A DNA stretch of 64,000 bases from Takakia lepidozioides. Its lineage: Eukaryota; Plantae; Bryophyta. Of this stretch, positions 38,205 to 51,597 are shown piece after piece. The number at the start of each line of letters is the position of its first letter. The stretch's first letter is position 1. The stretch spans positions 41,044,001-41,108,000 of the forward strand of contig CM060733.1 in NCBI GenBank assembly GCA_030704615.1. The letters are read 5' to 3'. Made by a program: the position numbers and the translations under genes. Below the pieces are notes generated by a model. That model did no database searches. It saw only the letters and a program-made list of their open reading frames with translations, and was not told where the DNA came from.

Positions 38205-38641
38205 TATAACAAGGTACAATCTAGAAGGTTCTAGATGGAGGAGGAAAGTTCCCTAGAAGTTTCCAGAATAACTAGGAATGATCCTAATAAGTTTGACTTA
38301 AAGAAGTTTGACTTGAGATTCTCAAGTCAAACCTCTAAGATATTCATATTATGGAGAGTAGGTCAAATCTTTGATAAAGTCATATTGTAGAGAATATGTC
38401 AAACCTATGAAGGTTGACTTTAGCAAGTATCTTTGATAAAGTCGTATTGTGGAGAATATGTCAAACCTAAGAAGGTTGACTTTAGGAAGCTTTGACTTGA
38501 GGCTCTCAAGTCAAACCTTTAAAATAATCATATTGTGAAAGGTATATAAACCTACAATGAAAGCCTAGAAGACATTGAGTTGTTTTGGGAAAAAGTTGAG
38601 AAGTACTTCTATTCTAGTTTGTGTAGATCCTGGGTGTTACA
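38205..38641 (+). repeat. 3' LTR of element 1
   Basis: TATAACA...TGTTACA followed by TSD CCAAG. Confidence 0.95.
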
Positions 38642-39099
38642 CCAAGCTGTAACCCGCGGATTTCTTTGCTCTTCCAATGGGTCCAAATGGATGTCAGCCC
38701 GAATATTATGTCATGGTTCTAGATATCGGGTTCCTATGTGAGGTCGGGTCAGTGGATCACGAGGGCTGGACACCTCAGCTGCTGAGAAGTCAGGTGATTT
38801 CTATTTCATCCATGCGTTTTTTTGTTACCGTGTTTCTGTTCATCCTCTGATTTTCTCTCTTTACTCCAGGCCAGAAAAACTGCAACGTATGACCTTCTTG
38901 TGAAGCGGCAACTTCTGTAGGGTTGTATTCCAAGGTAATCATTTTTTTTTCCGTTTGCATTCGGTTCAGGATGTGTAGAAAGATAGAAACCGAATTCCAT
39001 TGTCAACCGTCAGCAGGAAGGTTATTGAACTCACTCATTCGCCGACTGAGGTCAGCACATCGACAAGACCGTCAAATATTTCTGCACATCCCCAACCCC

Positions 39100-40106
39100 C
39101 TAGAATTCCGTAACGTTCACAACGAAGTCCGGGATATACTTGTAACCGATGATATTTGTTATGAGACTTGCAGCACTCGATGGTGAAATAGCACTATACT
39201 CAACAGGTATAATTACGCCCGCAAAATTTGTTATCCAAGTTATAGTATGGCTATTGGGGAACATAGAACTAAGATCGCTCAAGATAGTCTCAATTTCTTT
39301 CAGAATTATTGCTGCTTCTACCTCTGCCAAATCGAGTTGATACTTGAAGATGGCAAATGGGGTTGTTGCGCATTGATCGGTATGCTGATTATTGACGTTT
39401 GTCGAATATACAAGAGTACAGTCATATACTTTCCAGTTGCAACAACTAGAGCTGCCCGCACGTACAATATTTTTGAAGGAATCCGACGTCACCGGGAGCT
39501 ATAGACACAAAGGGAAGATGATGTGAAGATCATATCAACAATATTTTATCTAGAAGCAATAAAATGCAATAGTAGTGTATCTTTCTTCCGAAGTGGAATA
39601 TTATTATTGATACATCTATAGTAGTAGAAATAATTCTAGACTTTGAGATTTGATTGCCATTCCGAGCATTTCTTGCTGGTAAATCTCAAAACTAGAAGCA
39701 GAGCGGTCAAAACTAGTTTACTCAAGAATTCTTGTAACTCATGATATAAACTTGTAAAATGTTGATATATGTATATGATACATACGTAGACATCTGCCTT
39801 TCAACCTAATTCTAGTATCAATACCATGACCAAACATATAGAATTGACGACTTTCCCATATGTGGAGTGGAGTACAATATTGACAACTATTTGTATACTA
39901 TTTAGGACATTTCAAACTTTGTAACTCATTGCACTTTCATGTAGGTTTTAAGCTCATGACTCATAGTTCATGATCACCTGTAGGGCGGTGATGGCATAGG
40001 ACGCATCGTTAAACACACAGTAAGCAGATGCCTTTCTCAATAGAACTGACATCAGAAACATGACCAAGCAAAGAGAAGCAACCATCCTTTGAAACATTGG
40101 TGCCAT
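39100..40106 (-). pseudogene. 3'-truncated duplicate of the secreted Cys-rich gene (exons 40106-39978, 39498-39100; ~175 aa)
   Basis: Promoter, signal peptide and splice sites are intact. Homology ends at VVNV, and the last 48 aa (3 Cys) are replaced by TEF*. Confidence 0.8.
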
Positions 40107-42385
40107 AATTAGTAGCTGCAACTTGTTGTGGCTGCAGTTCCAGTTTTTGTACATAAGCACACCGATGTGCACCTATGCAGCTCGGAATTGACTATAGATG
40201 TGGGAGAGCTCAGAGTGACAACAACTGTAGTTTTATACCTCCAATTTATGGATGACGTACTTAATGGATGTAAAATTATTATGAATTAAAAAATAACATA
40301 TAGTTTTTTAACATGAATTATTTTGAGATGCACAACAAATATATCATTCAAGAAGAAATTATAGATCTATCAGATTCTTTAAAAGGTTATCCGCGTAAAG
40401 GAAAAAATGCTGGGAGAAAGTGCCTTTCGTATTACTTTTCTTTCTATTTTTATTGACCCTTTGTTGACCATCAAGGGACTGCTCCCATGTCTCAAAAATC
40501 AAAACTTGTACCGTTCAGTACGTTGTCGAGATCATCAAAGACAATCAAAACGACAATGCACTACAAACACTTGTGCAAATACTTATAAAAATAACAATCA
40601 AAACGACCATGCACTACAAGCACTTGTGCGAATACTTATAAAAATAAATTGGCTTTAAGTTGACTTCATAGTCTTCTTAATTATATTCTTTTTTTCAAAT
40701 AATATTTTTATCTATGTCAAAAGACAAAGGGTAAAACAAGCATAAATTATGGTGTCATTTCACCCAAATTAATGCTAGTACATTCAATTTGGAAAGTGAA
40801 AACCTTTTAGTGGTCCTAGTTAACGGAATGTGGTTGTCCAAACATACCTCATAAAAAAAACCTCTCATTGAACAATATTAGCATCTTCAATGCCCGCGCG
40901 TCTGGCTGCGGCGGGGCCCGCATGTGGCAGAGGGGGTCGTGGAGGGAGGGAGGGACTGGACCCGACTAGTCTGCTGGGGCCACAATATGCAAATAAAGCA
41001 TTAGTTATTTCAAGGGTTTATAGAAAGTGGTGGGTAGTGTGGTGGTTAAAGGGCAATGAACAAAAAGCACGAGGTTTAGTGTTCAAATCCTATCAAGTTG
41101 TACAGTGGCAGTGACGTGTGTTATTAAATATATATTTTATCGAAGGGTATGCCAGTGACGTGTGTTATTAAATATATATTTTGTCGAAGGGTCTGGCAGT
41201 CCGTTGGAAGGTTGGAGTCAGTCCGCTCATCGGTCTATTGGAGAGTGTGCCCAGTCCGCTTGTCGGTCTGCTGGAGGGTCTGCCCAGTCCGCTAGAAAGT
41301 CTGCCGCGGTAGATGAACAAGGACTTAGAAAAATTTCAAAATCTGGACCCAACAAATGGGTGGTGGGCTTATGAGCTCACCCCATGGCCGTACTAGCGGG
41401 GCCCATAGGTGCATTGAAGACGCTAATATTAAAAAATGAGAGGCATAAATAAATCCTCATATATCCACACATTAATTAGATGACCGGTTCACCATTTGAC
41501 CCCCTTTTCAAAGATTGGCTAAGGTGGGTGACATCCAACATACATTTATGTAGTTTTGGAACCAACGAGACTGTTTATGAGCAGTTCTTCGTGTGCCCTA
41601 ACTATTGGGTCTATTGTATATTTTATGTCAAGAGAGAAACAACTCTTGCTCAAACCAACGTAAATAAGAGCCATGCTCTCTAGTAAATTTGCTCAAAACA
41701 TTATTGTGGCTTGATAGCCGTTTTCGAGCTTGCATATCTAATTTGACATTATGAATTGTACATCTAACTATGATATCAATGCAATATATGATGAATTATA
41801 TATGTTGACAATGTTGATTGACCGATTGTATGCAAAGAAATTACACATCACACATTGATTATAACTATTAATTAATGTGGTGTTGTCCATTCCCAACGCA
41901 AGGACACAATAGCCCTTCAAGATGAAAGAATACAGTAATGTACATTCGCTTTGACATATGTAACCCCCCCCCCCTTCCCTCTTTTTTGTGTAGTGATTCG
42001 CAATGTCGTTTCATTAATTTAGACAAAAAAATTTGCGTATATTATTATCACCCAAGTCAATTTAGCGTTATTATACTCATTTCATAGCTGAAGAGTAGAT
42101 GAACGTCGGGTCTAATTTGACTAGATGTGGAATATGTATCTACCACTTAGTACCTTAGGACAATGTTCATGTTTGAGGTACAGTTAGCGAAGAATCCAAA
42201 ATAATGAGTATGTAGTACATATGTACCTCTATAGTACCTTTTGTTAGTTTGCCCTAAAAAGGGACAACTATTTTGTGAGTAGTGAGTAGAAGTGTTTTTA
42301 TTTATTTATTTATTTTTTTTTCCAAAATCGCTCGCGGGCCACATGGTGAGAATAACGAGGTGGCAGGGCTAGAAAAGTGGCTATA
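39111..42385. repeat. Right arm of inverted duplication (partner 321-3589)
   Basis: Reverse complement of 321-3589, including the MITE copy at 40874-41430. Confidence 0.95.
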
Positions 42386-42722
42386 TTCCAGGTGGCACGT
42401 TTTAACTGGTCCACGTCTACAAAAGTAGGCTCCTAATTCTCAACTACTGGTGCTTTTTGGCAAAAATTTTGGGTTTTACGCCCCGTAATTCCATTGTACA
42501 AGTAGCTGACCCATTTTTCCAGTTCGAAATCTGATGATTTTGCCAGAAAATAAAACACTGGTGAGTAGTGACCTCTCACCAAATTGCTACGCAGCGTCGG
42601 CACAATTGGCACAAAATTTCAATGCAAATAAGGTTGAAAAAAATATTTTATAGAATGTTGGATATTTAAAATTGACAATCCCAACAATCACAGCCCAAAT
42701 ATGATAACTCGGATATATATAA

Positions 42723-42757
<35 letters not shown>

Positions 42758-42833
42758 AGATGGTAGAATGGTGAGAGAAGAGATAAATTTATACTAAGAG
42801 ATAAAAGAGCATGTAGATCACGACTACATAGTC

Positions 42834-43634
42834 TTACTATTCCCCATAGCCATTCATCTACCTCCACGTTTAGATCATATGTTCTACTTTGGAATTGGCC
42901 TTCAAACCTGTGGATGACAACCTACATTTCATTCAATCTAGTCTTCATGTAGTTCAAAGCGTGACTTTCATTCATCATGATCCTTCTATATTTCTAGAAT
43001 TCACTTTACAATTTACTCCATTTGTACATAATTTAGCCCTATTTGTCAAATGTGGTATTATCTTCTCATTCTACTTTTGGAGTGTCCCATGACCTTGTGC
43101 TTGGTGCCTCATAAGGCCCCGGCTCCACCTGCCGGTTAGCTAGTGGGGCAGTAGCTGAGGCTACCGCGCTTGTTAGCTAGCAGGTCTGGCAGCCCAAACT
43201 ATTATTTTTTTGCGACCCAGTTAACAAACTGCGCGCTGCAGTTTGTTAGCGGGCAGGTGCGGCTGCCGCCCAATTTCCTACCAGACCTGCTAGCTAACAG
43301 GCGAGGTAGCCTCAGCTACTGCCCCACTAACTAACCGGCAGGTGGAGCCGGGGCCTTATGAGGCACCAAACACAAGGTCATGGGACACTCCAAAAGTAGA
43401 GTGAGAAGATAATACCACATTTGACAAATATGGCTAAAATATGTACAAAATTGTCAAATGAGTTCTAGAATAATAGAAGGATCATGATGAATCAAAGTCA
43501 CGCTCTGAACTACATAAAGACTAGAACGAATGAAATGTAGGTTGCCATCCATAGGTTTGAAGGCCAATTCCAAAGTAGAACATATGATCTAAACGTGGAG
43601 GTAGATGAATGGCAGCTATATTGGGGAATAGTAA
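42834..43634. repeat. Fold-back: ~360 bp inverted arms with ~85 nt loop; third partial direct copy at 43635-43778
   Basis: 42834-43192 is the reverse complement of 43278-43634. Confidence 0.9.
43115..43355. mobile_element. Tourist-like MITE at the centre of the fold-back
   Basis: GC-rich ~78 bp TIRs GGCCCCGGCTCCACCTGCCGGTTAG flanked by TAA/TTA. The third copy of the flank ends ...cctcataa without the insert. Confidence 0.65.
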
Positions 43635-44399
43635 ATGATCCTTCTATAATTCTAGAATTCACTTGACAAATATTTACTCCATTTGTACATATTTTAGCCC
43701 TATTTGTCAAATGTGGTATTATCTTCCCACTCTACTTTTGGAGTGTCCCATGACAGGCTTGTGCTTGGTGCCTCATAACAAAAACAAATAACAACCACTA
43801 TATTTTCAGCAGCTAATAGATGGCTCAATGCCAGTTTGGGTACAGCTAAGGTCGCCTTATAAATGGTTGCGGTCCACCTTCCAAATGACAAACAAAAGGT
43901 CGTAGTTTCTTCGGATGAGGTGACACCATAATTTGCGTGGCAAGAGTCTTCTTCCTATTGACATCTATTTAATTAGCCAACCCATAAAAAGCTGTAGCCA
44001 AGTCAATTGGTCATAGGGGACTTTCAAGTCATTGATGGGAACGATTTGGACAACTGCATTGCTCCAGTTACGGCCATCAAACAAAAAACACACCATAATA
44101 TGTGCTTGCTTCAGTAGGTGTCAACCTTTTTTACAACCACTACTTTTTTAAACTATGTTTTTTTTTAAATTTTTAATCTTCATTAAATTAGTTTATATGT
44201 ATATTCTTCAACCATCCAGAAAATCATCCTTTTGAGCTGCTAGTTGCCACAGTTCTATAAATAGTTTGACAGAAATTTTGTGTTTTCAGCCCCTAGTATG
44301 TACACTTTTAAATGAGGAGATTTATTTTGGTTGGGGCCTGCGGTTTGGGAGATCTCAACGCTACAAACTGCAAACAAACAAACAGCCTTGCTTCATATA

Positions 44400-45370
44400 T
44401 TGACTAGGGGAGCCTGTGTCGTTGGCCCAAGTGTCCAGTACTATCATGTGCAATCTCATATGTATCCAGGTGCATCTCCTAGGTCGAGGCCCAAGTGCAA
44501 CCTCTAGGCCCTAGGGTAGCATGTGCCGTTGGCCCAAGTGTCCAAAGTCATCTAAGTCATCTAAGTCTAATCATTTTTTTTTCCACAGAGACTACGACCA
44601 GATTTGAACCAAAGACCTTTTCCTTGATATCTCTTCTATCGACGCTCCAACCATTGTCCCAGGAATGCCCACTTCGCTATTTTCCATGAATTTCCAGCGA
44701 CCAAAAGTACCTGGAATTCCACATCTCCCACACCGCAAGTCCAAAAATTATGACCAAGCCCGTGCACCTCTCCTCGTCGAGGGCTTTCCAATGGTACCAA
44801 GCACCAGGGCTGGGGCCTCGCGGTTTCGGACATCTCAACGTGACAAAACAAAACAAAACAAAACAAATGCCTCGCTTCATATATTTGACTAGGGTAGCAT
44901 GTGCCGTTGGCCCAAGTGTCCAGTGTCATCTAAGCCCAAGGGTCCACTGTCATCTACGCCCAAATGTAATATCTTCTATGTATCCCAGTGCGTCCTCTAT
45001 GTCGAGGCCCAAGTGCGAACTCTAGGGTAGCATGTGCCTTTAGGGCCCATGTGTGTGAAGAATTGAAATCTAAGACCAAGTACAATTTCATATGTATCCC
45101 AGTGCGTCTCCTATGTTGAGGCCCAAGTGCGACCTCGAGTGTAGCCTACGCCTTTGGCTTATGTGTGAAGAATTGAAATCTAAGACCAAGTGCAATTTCC
45201 TATGTAGGCAAGTGCGTCTCCTATGTCGAGGCCCATTTAAGCCCAAGTGCAATCTTCTATTCATACGCATCCAAGTGCATCTCTCTGTAGAGGCCCAAGT
45301 GTTCAGTGTCATCTAAGCCCAAGTGCCATCTCCTATGTATCCAAGTTCGTCTCCCATGTCAAGGCCCAAT
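44400..45370. repeat. Degenerate GGCCCAAGTG-based tandem repeats next to the hAT remnant
   Basis: More than a dozen (G)GCCCAAGTG / GACCAAGT motifs with recurring ctagggtagcatgtgcc and tatgtatccc blocks. Confidence 0.7.
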
Positions 45371-45689
45371 TTAATTTTTTTCATGAATTTATTGAGTATA
45401 TCCAATCATTATTGATATATCTCCAAGTGCATGAATATATGAAGCACGCCATATCTAATCATTTTTTTCCACAGAGCCTACGACCAGATTTGAACCTGAG
45501 ACCTTTCCCTTGATATCTCTCTTGTCGAGGCTCCAATCATTGTCCAACGACCAAAAGTACTTGAAATTCGTTTTAGCCATATCTCATCATTTTTTTTCCA
45601 CATAGCCTACGACCAGATTTGAACCGGAGACCTTTCCGTTGATATCTCTCCTGTCGAGGCTCCAACAATTGTCCACGAATGCCCACTTT

Positions 45690-46110
45690 GTTATCAATAA
45701 ATTTGCACAATTTTGTCTGGTTCAACAGAGTCAATGGCTTTCGATAGCACCTGAAACTGGTAACGTGCATCCTTCCATTCCCCGATTGTGTCAATAGCTC
45801 CTATAAATTGTTCCCCCGCTGGACATACGAGCATGATGTTGAATAATGGTCGGTTTGTGACTGAGCTCCAACCCGGCACATAATGTATTTCCATATTTTC
45901 GCAATGAATCCCCGGTTCGTTCTGTTACTCGTTTTGAAAGGTGAGTCATGGCCTCTTCCAACAATCCCGTACGTAGAGCATTGTAAGGAGGTGGTATGTA
46001 CATGCATTTTGACTCCGAAGTTATTCTCACAGCTGAAACAAACGATGAGAGTCGTGCCACGTTGAATGGTATGTTGGCCTCATAGAAAAACGTTGCCCAC
46101 ACCCTGCTAT
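45690..46110 (-). pseudogene. hAT-family transposase remnant (DUF659-type region)
   Basis: FFYEANIPFNVAR...YIPPPYNALRTGLL, then a frameshift to GWSSVTNRPLFNIM...FIGAIDTIGEWKDA...AIDSVEPDKIVQI. Confidence 0.8.
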
Positions 46111-46699
46111 TTGAACCATCTCTGGAGATGGAGTGCATATAGCCTGCTGTATGCTGTATCAGCTGTCCACTCACGATTTTCACAGAAAAATCCAAGATCA
46201 CCAGACTTCAGACATGAGGCTACAAAGGAAGTAGTTGGGATTGAGAAATGGTTGGACCCTCCTTGGGTGTAAGCAGAGCTAGCTACCGTGATGCAACGTC
46301 AAGCACAATCTGGAAATAGTCTTAATGCTGATGTGCGCCATGGATTTCCAGGCCAAGAGTACAATTGGTATGGTTCTGATGATCGTCCAAGGGTCAAACC
46401 TGAACAAATAGAGATTGTACAGTTTATTCCTAAAGATGACTATTGTAGTTTTGTAACTCCATTGCTATGTACCAAGAAGCCTGTCCTAATGAAAATAGGC
46501 TATATTCAAGGAGCTTTGAGACATTATCTTTGTTGGAGTGTAAGGTTTGTAAAAAATAGTTCACAGTCATGCGGGATGACAGGGTTGAATCAGGCACAGT
46601 CACTGGTTGGACATCAGACTGGCTGCAGGGGTATCGCCACTGCACTCGAAAGAGAACAAAGAGAGGGGGTAAACAGAACTCATTTGGCACTACCAGGGA

Positions 46700-47250
46700 T
46701 GTGAAGATGTTGTGTAAGGCAGGATGACTGAAAATGGCTTTGCACTTCTAGGGCATTCATGCAAATTCCAACACTTATGTCTCAATCTTGCAGGAGTGTA
46801 TCAACATGAAATGGCTGAGGGAAAGCAGGTGCATGCCCACATTGTCCAAAGTGGATGCAAGCCAAATATTTTTCTATTCAGTACCCATGTTAAAATGTAT
46901 GCCAAGTGTAGGAGCATCGTGGATGCACTCCAAGTGTTTGATAAAATGCCTGAATCATATATGTTTACGTGGATTATAATGATAGGAGGATATGCCAAGC
47001 TTTGGGGTGTGGTAAAGAGGTCCATTTTGGGTGGGTGGGTGAACAAGTGCAATGAGAAACGATGATGCCTGACAGAGTCACATTCATTTCCGTTTTACAT
47101 GCTTGTGCCAGCCTTGGAGATTTGGAAAGGAGCAAAGAGGTCCATTCTGACATCATCAATATACAATAAGCAGGCTGAACAAGATGATAGCAGGATATGT
47201 CCATATGGGTGTGGGATGGAGGCCCTCCAACTATTTGAACAAAATGCTAT
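46700..47250 (+). pseudogene. PLS-class PPR gene remnant
   Basis: EGKQVHAHIVQSGCKPNIF...KMYAKCRSIVDALQVFDKMPE...TWIIMIGGYAK and PDRVTFISVLHACASLGDLE, with frameshifts. Confidence 0.8.
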
Positions 47251-47687
47251 TTGAATCCCTCTGTGTGCAGACGTACTTCCTTCACTGTTTTGACAAAGGT
47301 TTTCAGCCTCACACCTGTCACACTCGTCCAACTACTCAGCCCTTGTCACAGTCTTGAACCTTTGGTTGCAAGGTTACTTTTTGGGGATGCACGGTATCAG
47401 CCTGGCAAGGCACTAGTGGCTCTAGAAATGCAGAACGCACAGCTTCCAATGTCTGTCTCTCTGTTGATACCAACCCCCCGCAAAACAATGAAATACGGGA
47501 TGTATGTACATATACCATAGTGTAGGGATGACCCCGTCTTTTTTCTGAAAATTGAACATAGTACTCAGAATTCGTCGCTAGTAGTGCGGAGCAACGCGAA
47601 GCCCTAGTATCAAATTTATAGGAGTTTGATTGAGGTGTACTCTACACGTTAACCACAATCTTATGTAGTTCAAATGACAACCAAGTT

Positions 47688-47745
47688 GTAGCCCAGTGGT
47701 AATGGGCACATACCACCTCGGAAGTGGTTGTGGGTTCAATCCACC
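47688..47745 (+). other. tRNA-like Pol III box A/box B module (SINE head?)
   Basis: TAGCCCAGTGG ... GGTTCAATCC at tRNA-like spacing; no complete cloverleaf. Confidence 0.4.
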
Positions 47746-49070
47746 GATTGGTGTCACAAAGGTGTCCACCTTCCTGTTGGAAGGCAGTAGCGCTTCGGGG
47801 TCAAGAGACACCATAATTTATGTTTCCTTCGGGAGGCATCATACATAACATATAGTGCAAAATATCGCTCTGAATTCCACTCATGGTCAACCGTCTAAGG
47901 TCTTGATGCACAGTATTGCTACAATGGAAGATAAAACAATACTATGCACATATCATTCTTCATAGTGTCTAAGTTACATGCATTAGAGCACCATCGTAGT
48001 ACTTGAGAAATATCACCCGTAGAGTCATTTGTGCATGTTGTCACCAGCACTTCGTCATCTTTGGTAACCTCTCAAGATTTACACACCACGCATGAACATT
48101 TGTCAAACATATCTCAAGACTCAACCCGCTGATCTAGAAATACAACGACTACAATAACACTTGAATTAAAGGCTTGACAGTTTCTTCCCCTTCTTTTCGG
48201 CCTTAAAAGAGGATTGATGGTGTAAGGGACAAGTCATAAATGGTTGTTTTGCTATAAGGATGAGGAGACCTGAGTTTTGTTAAAGAAAACAGCCTGATAA
48301 GGCAGTGACAAGCCGTTTTCAGACCTGGTTTTGTTGTGGAATGGAGCATAGTAAGGTTCTATTTGCAAAACATGGCATTAGCCTCCTGTGATACACAGTG
48401 ACGGTAAGCTCTAAAGGACTCTGGCCATTGATTATTTACTCTATTTTGCCATTTGAACAGCCACCTGCATTGTATGATTTATATTGGCCAAGTGGGCTTG
48501 GCCTTGGACACTCAAAGTGTATGTGTGTCCAGATCTGGATGAAAAACAAGTAATCCAACATAGATTTGCAGCTTCTAAACTATCAGATCTTTTTACTGTT
48601 TCAGTTTTACGATGACATCTCATATGTATAATCTCTAACTAGTGCTACTACTTAGCAAGAACAGACACTCCAGTTAGTATATATGCAATTATGAAATACT
48701 CAAACTATATATAATTTAGTGCCATTTTGTTGCATAACTTGTACTCTTGAAACATCAAACCACAATCATAAATAGGCAGATTCTAGGTGCTCAATGTTTG
48801 ATGTACACTAGCAAAGGTGGTTGTCTACTTGAGTCACATCTTTGTCTATCTCTTTCTTTCTTTCACATAATCATCGGTTCTATAGTAACTCTAAAATGAC
48901 TTTCCAGACTAACTGCAGACCTCTTAAGGTTCCAGCCCGGTTGCTGATCTTTAAGTCTTAGACTCCACATGAAGTCGACAATATTTTAATCGACCCACAG
49001 ATCTAAGAGCGATGTTTGTTCCATTACTTATATTCCATTTGAAACCTTTGTATAATTGTTTCAGAAGATG

Positions 49071-49206
49071 AAACATGTCATATTTTCATCCAACTGTCGT
49101 GCGTATATGTATCGTTACACAACTACATCAGGGTCCAAACCACACAACACACAATAAACTAGTTTGCCACAATAGATAAATCTCACTCAATATTCGTAAG
49201 GAATCA
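49071..49206. repeat. Inverted partner of 186-321
   Basis: aaacatgtcatattttcatcc...tattcgtaaggaatca. Confidence 0.9.
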
Positions 49207-49798
49207 GCCCTCATAAAATCAATTAAACCAAGTGTACCCCGTCCTGTGTGGAATCCACACTACGATGCCATAACCAAACGGTGAGGCTTAATTCGAGAAA
49301 GCTGGGCCTCATAGCGACTTCCATGAGGCCACCTCCGAAAAGTTCTTGATCCCTAGTTTGGCATTTGGGCCACCCCAACTGTCAATATATAAAACTAATT
49401 ATGTCCTAGTTATAAATTCACATTACAGGCAAAATTAACTTGACATACGCATTCCAAAAACAGACGGAGTCTCTTGGGGCCGATACACTCTGAGGGATTA
49501 CAACCCCTCTACAATATCCAAGATGATGAGGTCTATAACATAAGGATGTTTGACATTGTTTATCCAAAAACTTTTCCGATACACATGTAAAGTGTTCAAA
49601 TGAGTTTGCAAGCAGCAAAAGCTAGAGTAAAAATATAAACAAGAAGAATGTTAATTAAATATCTAGATTCCATGACAATAAAAAACATGTAAATGGAACA
49701 CTTGCAAGAATTAGGAATGAAGAATGACCTCATAGGTGGGAGAATGGGTACTGTAAATAATGGCCTCATGGAGTCCATAAATGATAGGAAGTTCTTAT

Positions 49799-50323
49799 CA
49801 CTACTGCAAATGGAAGGGGGTCAGCGACGCCAGCCGCGCCCCCACGCTGAGCGCGGCGCTGGCCTGCGACGCCACCCCCGCGGCCCCATTTTGCGACGCC
49901 CCGGCATCGCAATCCCCCGCTGCGACGCACAATTGTCGCAAGGTGGCATGAAGGGGAAAGGGGGCCCCCAAGGGCGCCGGGACATGCGATGGTGGTGCGT
50001 CGCCGCGGGGGGTTGCGACGGGTTTTTTTTCCTTGCGACGCCGGGGGGGTCGCAATTTATTTATTTATTTGGGCCTTGCGGCCCCCTAATGTCACAAAAG
50101 CGTCGCTAGGGGCGCCCCACGCTAGGGTGCCCAATGCTACGACGCCAGGGGGTTGCAACGGCGTCGCCATAGGGGGTCGCAACGGTGTCGTAGCCAGCTT
50201 AGGACATCACAAGGACATCGCTTGGGGCGCCTAATGCTGGGGCTGGGGCTGGGCACTAAGGCTATGGAGGTTGCAACTCCCCGGCGTCATAAGAGGGTCC
50301 CCTTGAAGGAACTTGAAAGAAAT
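49799..50323 (-). mobile_element. Truncated CACTA family B element
   Basis: Starts CACTACTGCAAATGGAAGGGGG with GCGACG repeats. Homologous to the 61850 end of 60686-61850 and to 8170-8460. Confidence 0.8.
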
Positions 50324-50539
50324 TCTAACGATGACCGAAGGTCGGAAGCTAGTTTAGCGTAGAATAGATATAGGGTGCCAAAGTGCCTCGTCATCGCCGC
50401 CACATCATCGTCGCCACGTTTTGTCGCCACATTTCGTCGTCAATTGTTTTGGAATCTGCCTGTACTGCCTGCCCAAAAAATGCCAATAGAACTCGTTGCG
50501 CCAAGTTTCTTGGAACTGCCCGGGCTTGATCTTCTTGAA

Positions 50540-51597
50540 CTGCAGGAAGGGTTTCACACCCCGATCGCAGGTGGAGACATTTGCAGATTATGTTATGAGT
50601 ACAGCGCATGAGCTCTCACAGATGGTGGGACAACCGCAATCGCAAGGTGTGGCTTTTCTTAATGTACGATGTGAAGAAGTTTGTCCATCCTGCAAATGTG
50701 GGCTCTTGGCTCCTATTAGTACCACGATTTGCTATTCTTCATGATGTTTACAAGGTTCTTGGTAGAGCCAGCTTGGTCTTAGCAGGTCGTGTTTCAATCT
50801 CTGCCTACTCAGTTGCACCGTGGTGGTTCTCACAGACCAATCCGACATTACCTGACTAGAGACACAAACAACACACACAAGAGGTCCTTTTGGGTTGATG
50901 GTTTGTCAAATCCTCCATGGGTCATGACACAATGTGATAAGGGCATCTTCTTCTTCGACCTATTTCAGCTTGTTTTGCCCTCTCATCAGACTCGGCCCTG
51001 AGATGCATATTGAATTCTATAAGTTAGCTTTTTGGGTGGATCTGGAGTGACTTTAACAAGTTACTGCCGATGTGGCAGCAAGAAAGTATCCAAAAGAGAT
51101 GAGGAGAAGCTTTGGAATGAACACTTTCCGACCCCAGCCAATGGTGGGACAATGGAGACAAAAAGGTGAATGCCTGTTGGACTACAGAGAGAGGCAGATG
51201 CAATTCAGAATTGGAAGTACTGTAATAAGTAGGGAGGAAGGAAAGAGTGCACCCTCTCATGACTCAATGTCACATAGGACACCTATCGTTTTCATGTGTT
51301 GTTGACACATGTTGTACCATGTCTGCTATTCCATTGTCCGTGGTTTCGACTACTTGGTCTCAAACTCACTCCAGCCACAAGTCTGCAGGTGACCATTGTA
51401 GATGGCACACGTTATAAACCCCTAGGTTTGGTCACCATCCCTATTAAGGTCAGTTGCAAGTCGGTCACACTGACTTGTATCGTTACCATTGGTGAGCAGT
51501 TGCTGTTAGGCTTGGATTGGATGTGTGCTGCAGGGGCCAAGATTGATGTGGTTGAAAACATCATGTGGCTTGCCAGTGGCAGCTCCTCCCCCCACAA
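50540..51597 (+). pseudogene. Old retroelement gag/aspartic-protease remnant, interrupted by LTR element 2 (continues after 58514)
   Basis: LQVTIVDGTRYKPLGLVTIPIKV...QLLLGLDWMCAAGAKID is a retropepsin C-terminal half. Upstream frames are heavily degraded. Confidence 0.6.

Larger units (their letters stand above)
32623..38641 (+). mobile_element. Full-length Ty3/gypsy chromovirus LTR retrotransposon 1 (decayed)
   Basis: 437-bp LTRs at 32623-33059 and 38205-38641 with roughly 25 substitutions by eye. TSD CCAAG, PBS TGGTATCAGAGC (tRNA-iMet) at 33061, PPT GAAAGAGGGGAGGA at ~38190-38203. Confidence 0.97.

Noticed and set aside
321-42385. Giant TIRs of a single 42-kb transposon
   Set aside because: The arms contain a host-like gene broken mid-exon, no TSD was seen, and homology resumes at 186-321/49071-49206; better explained as an inverted duplication.
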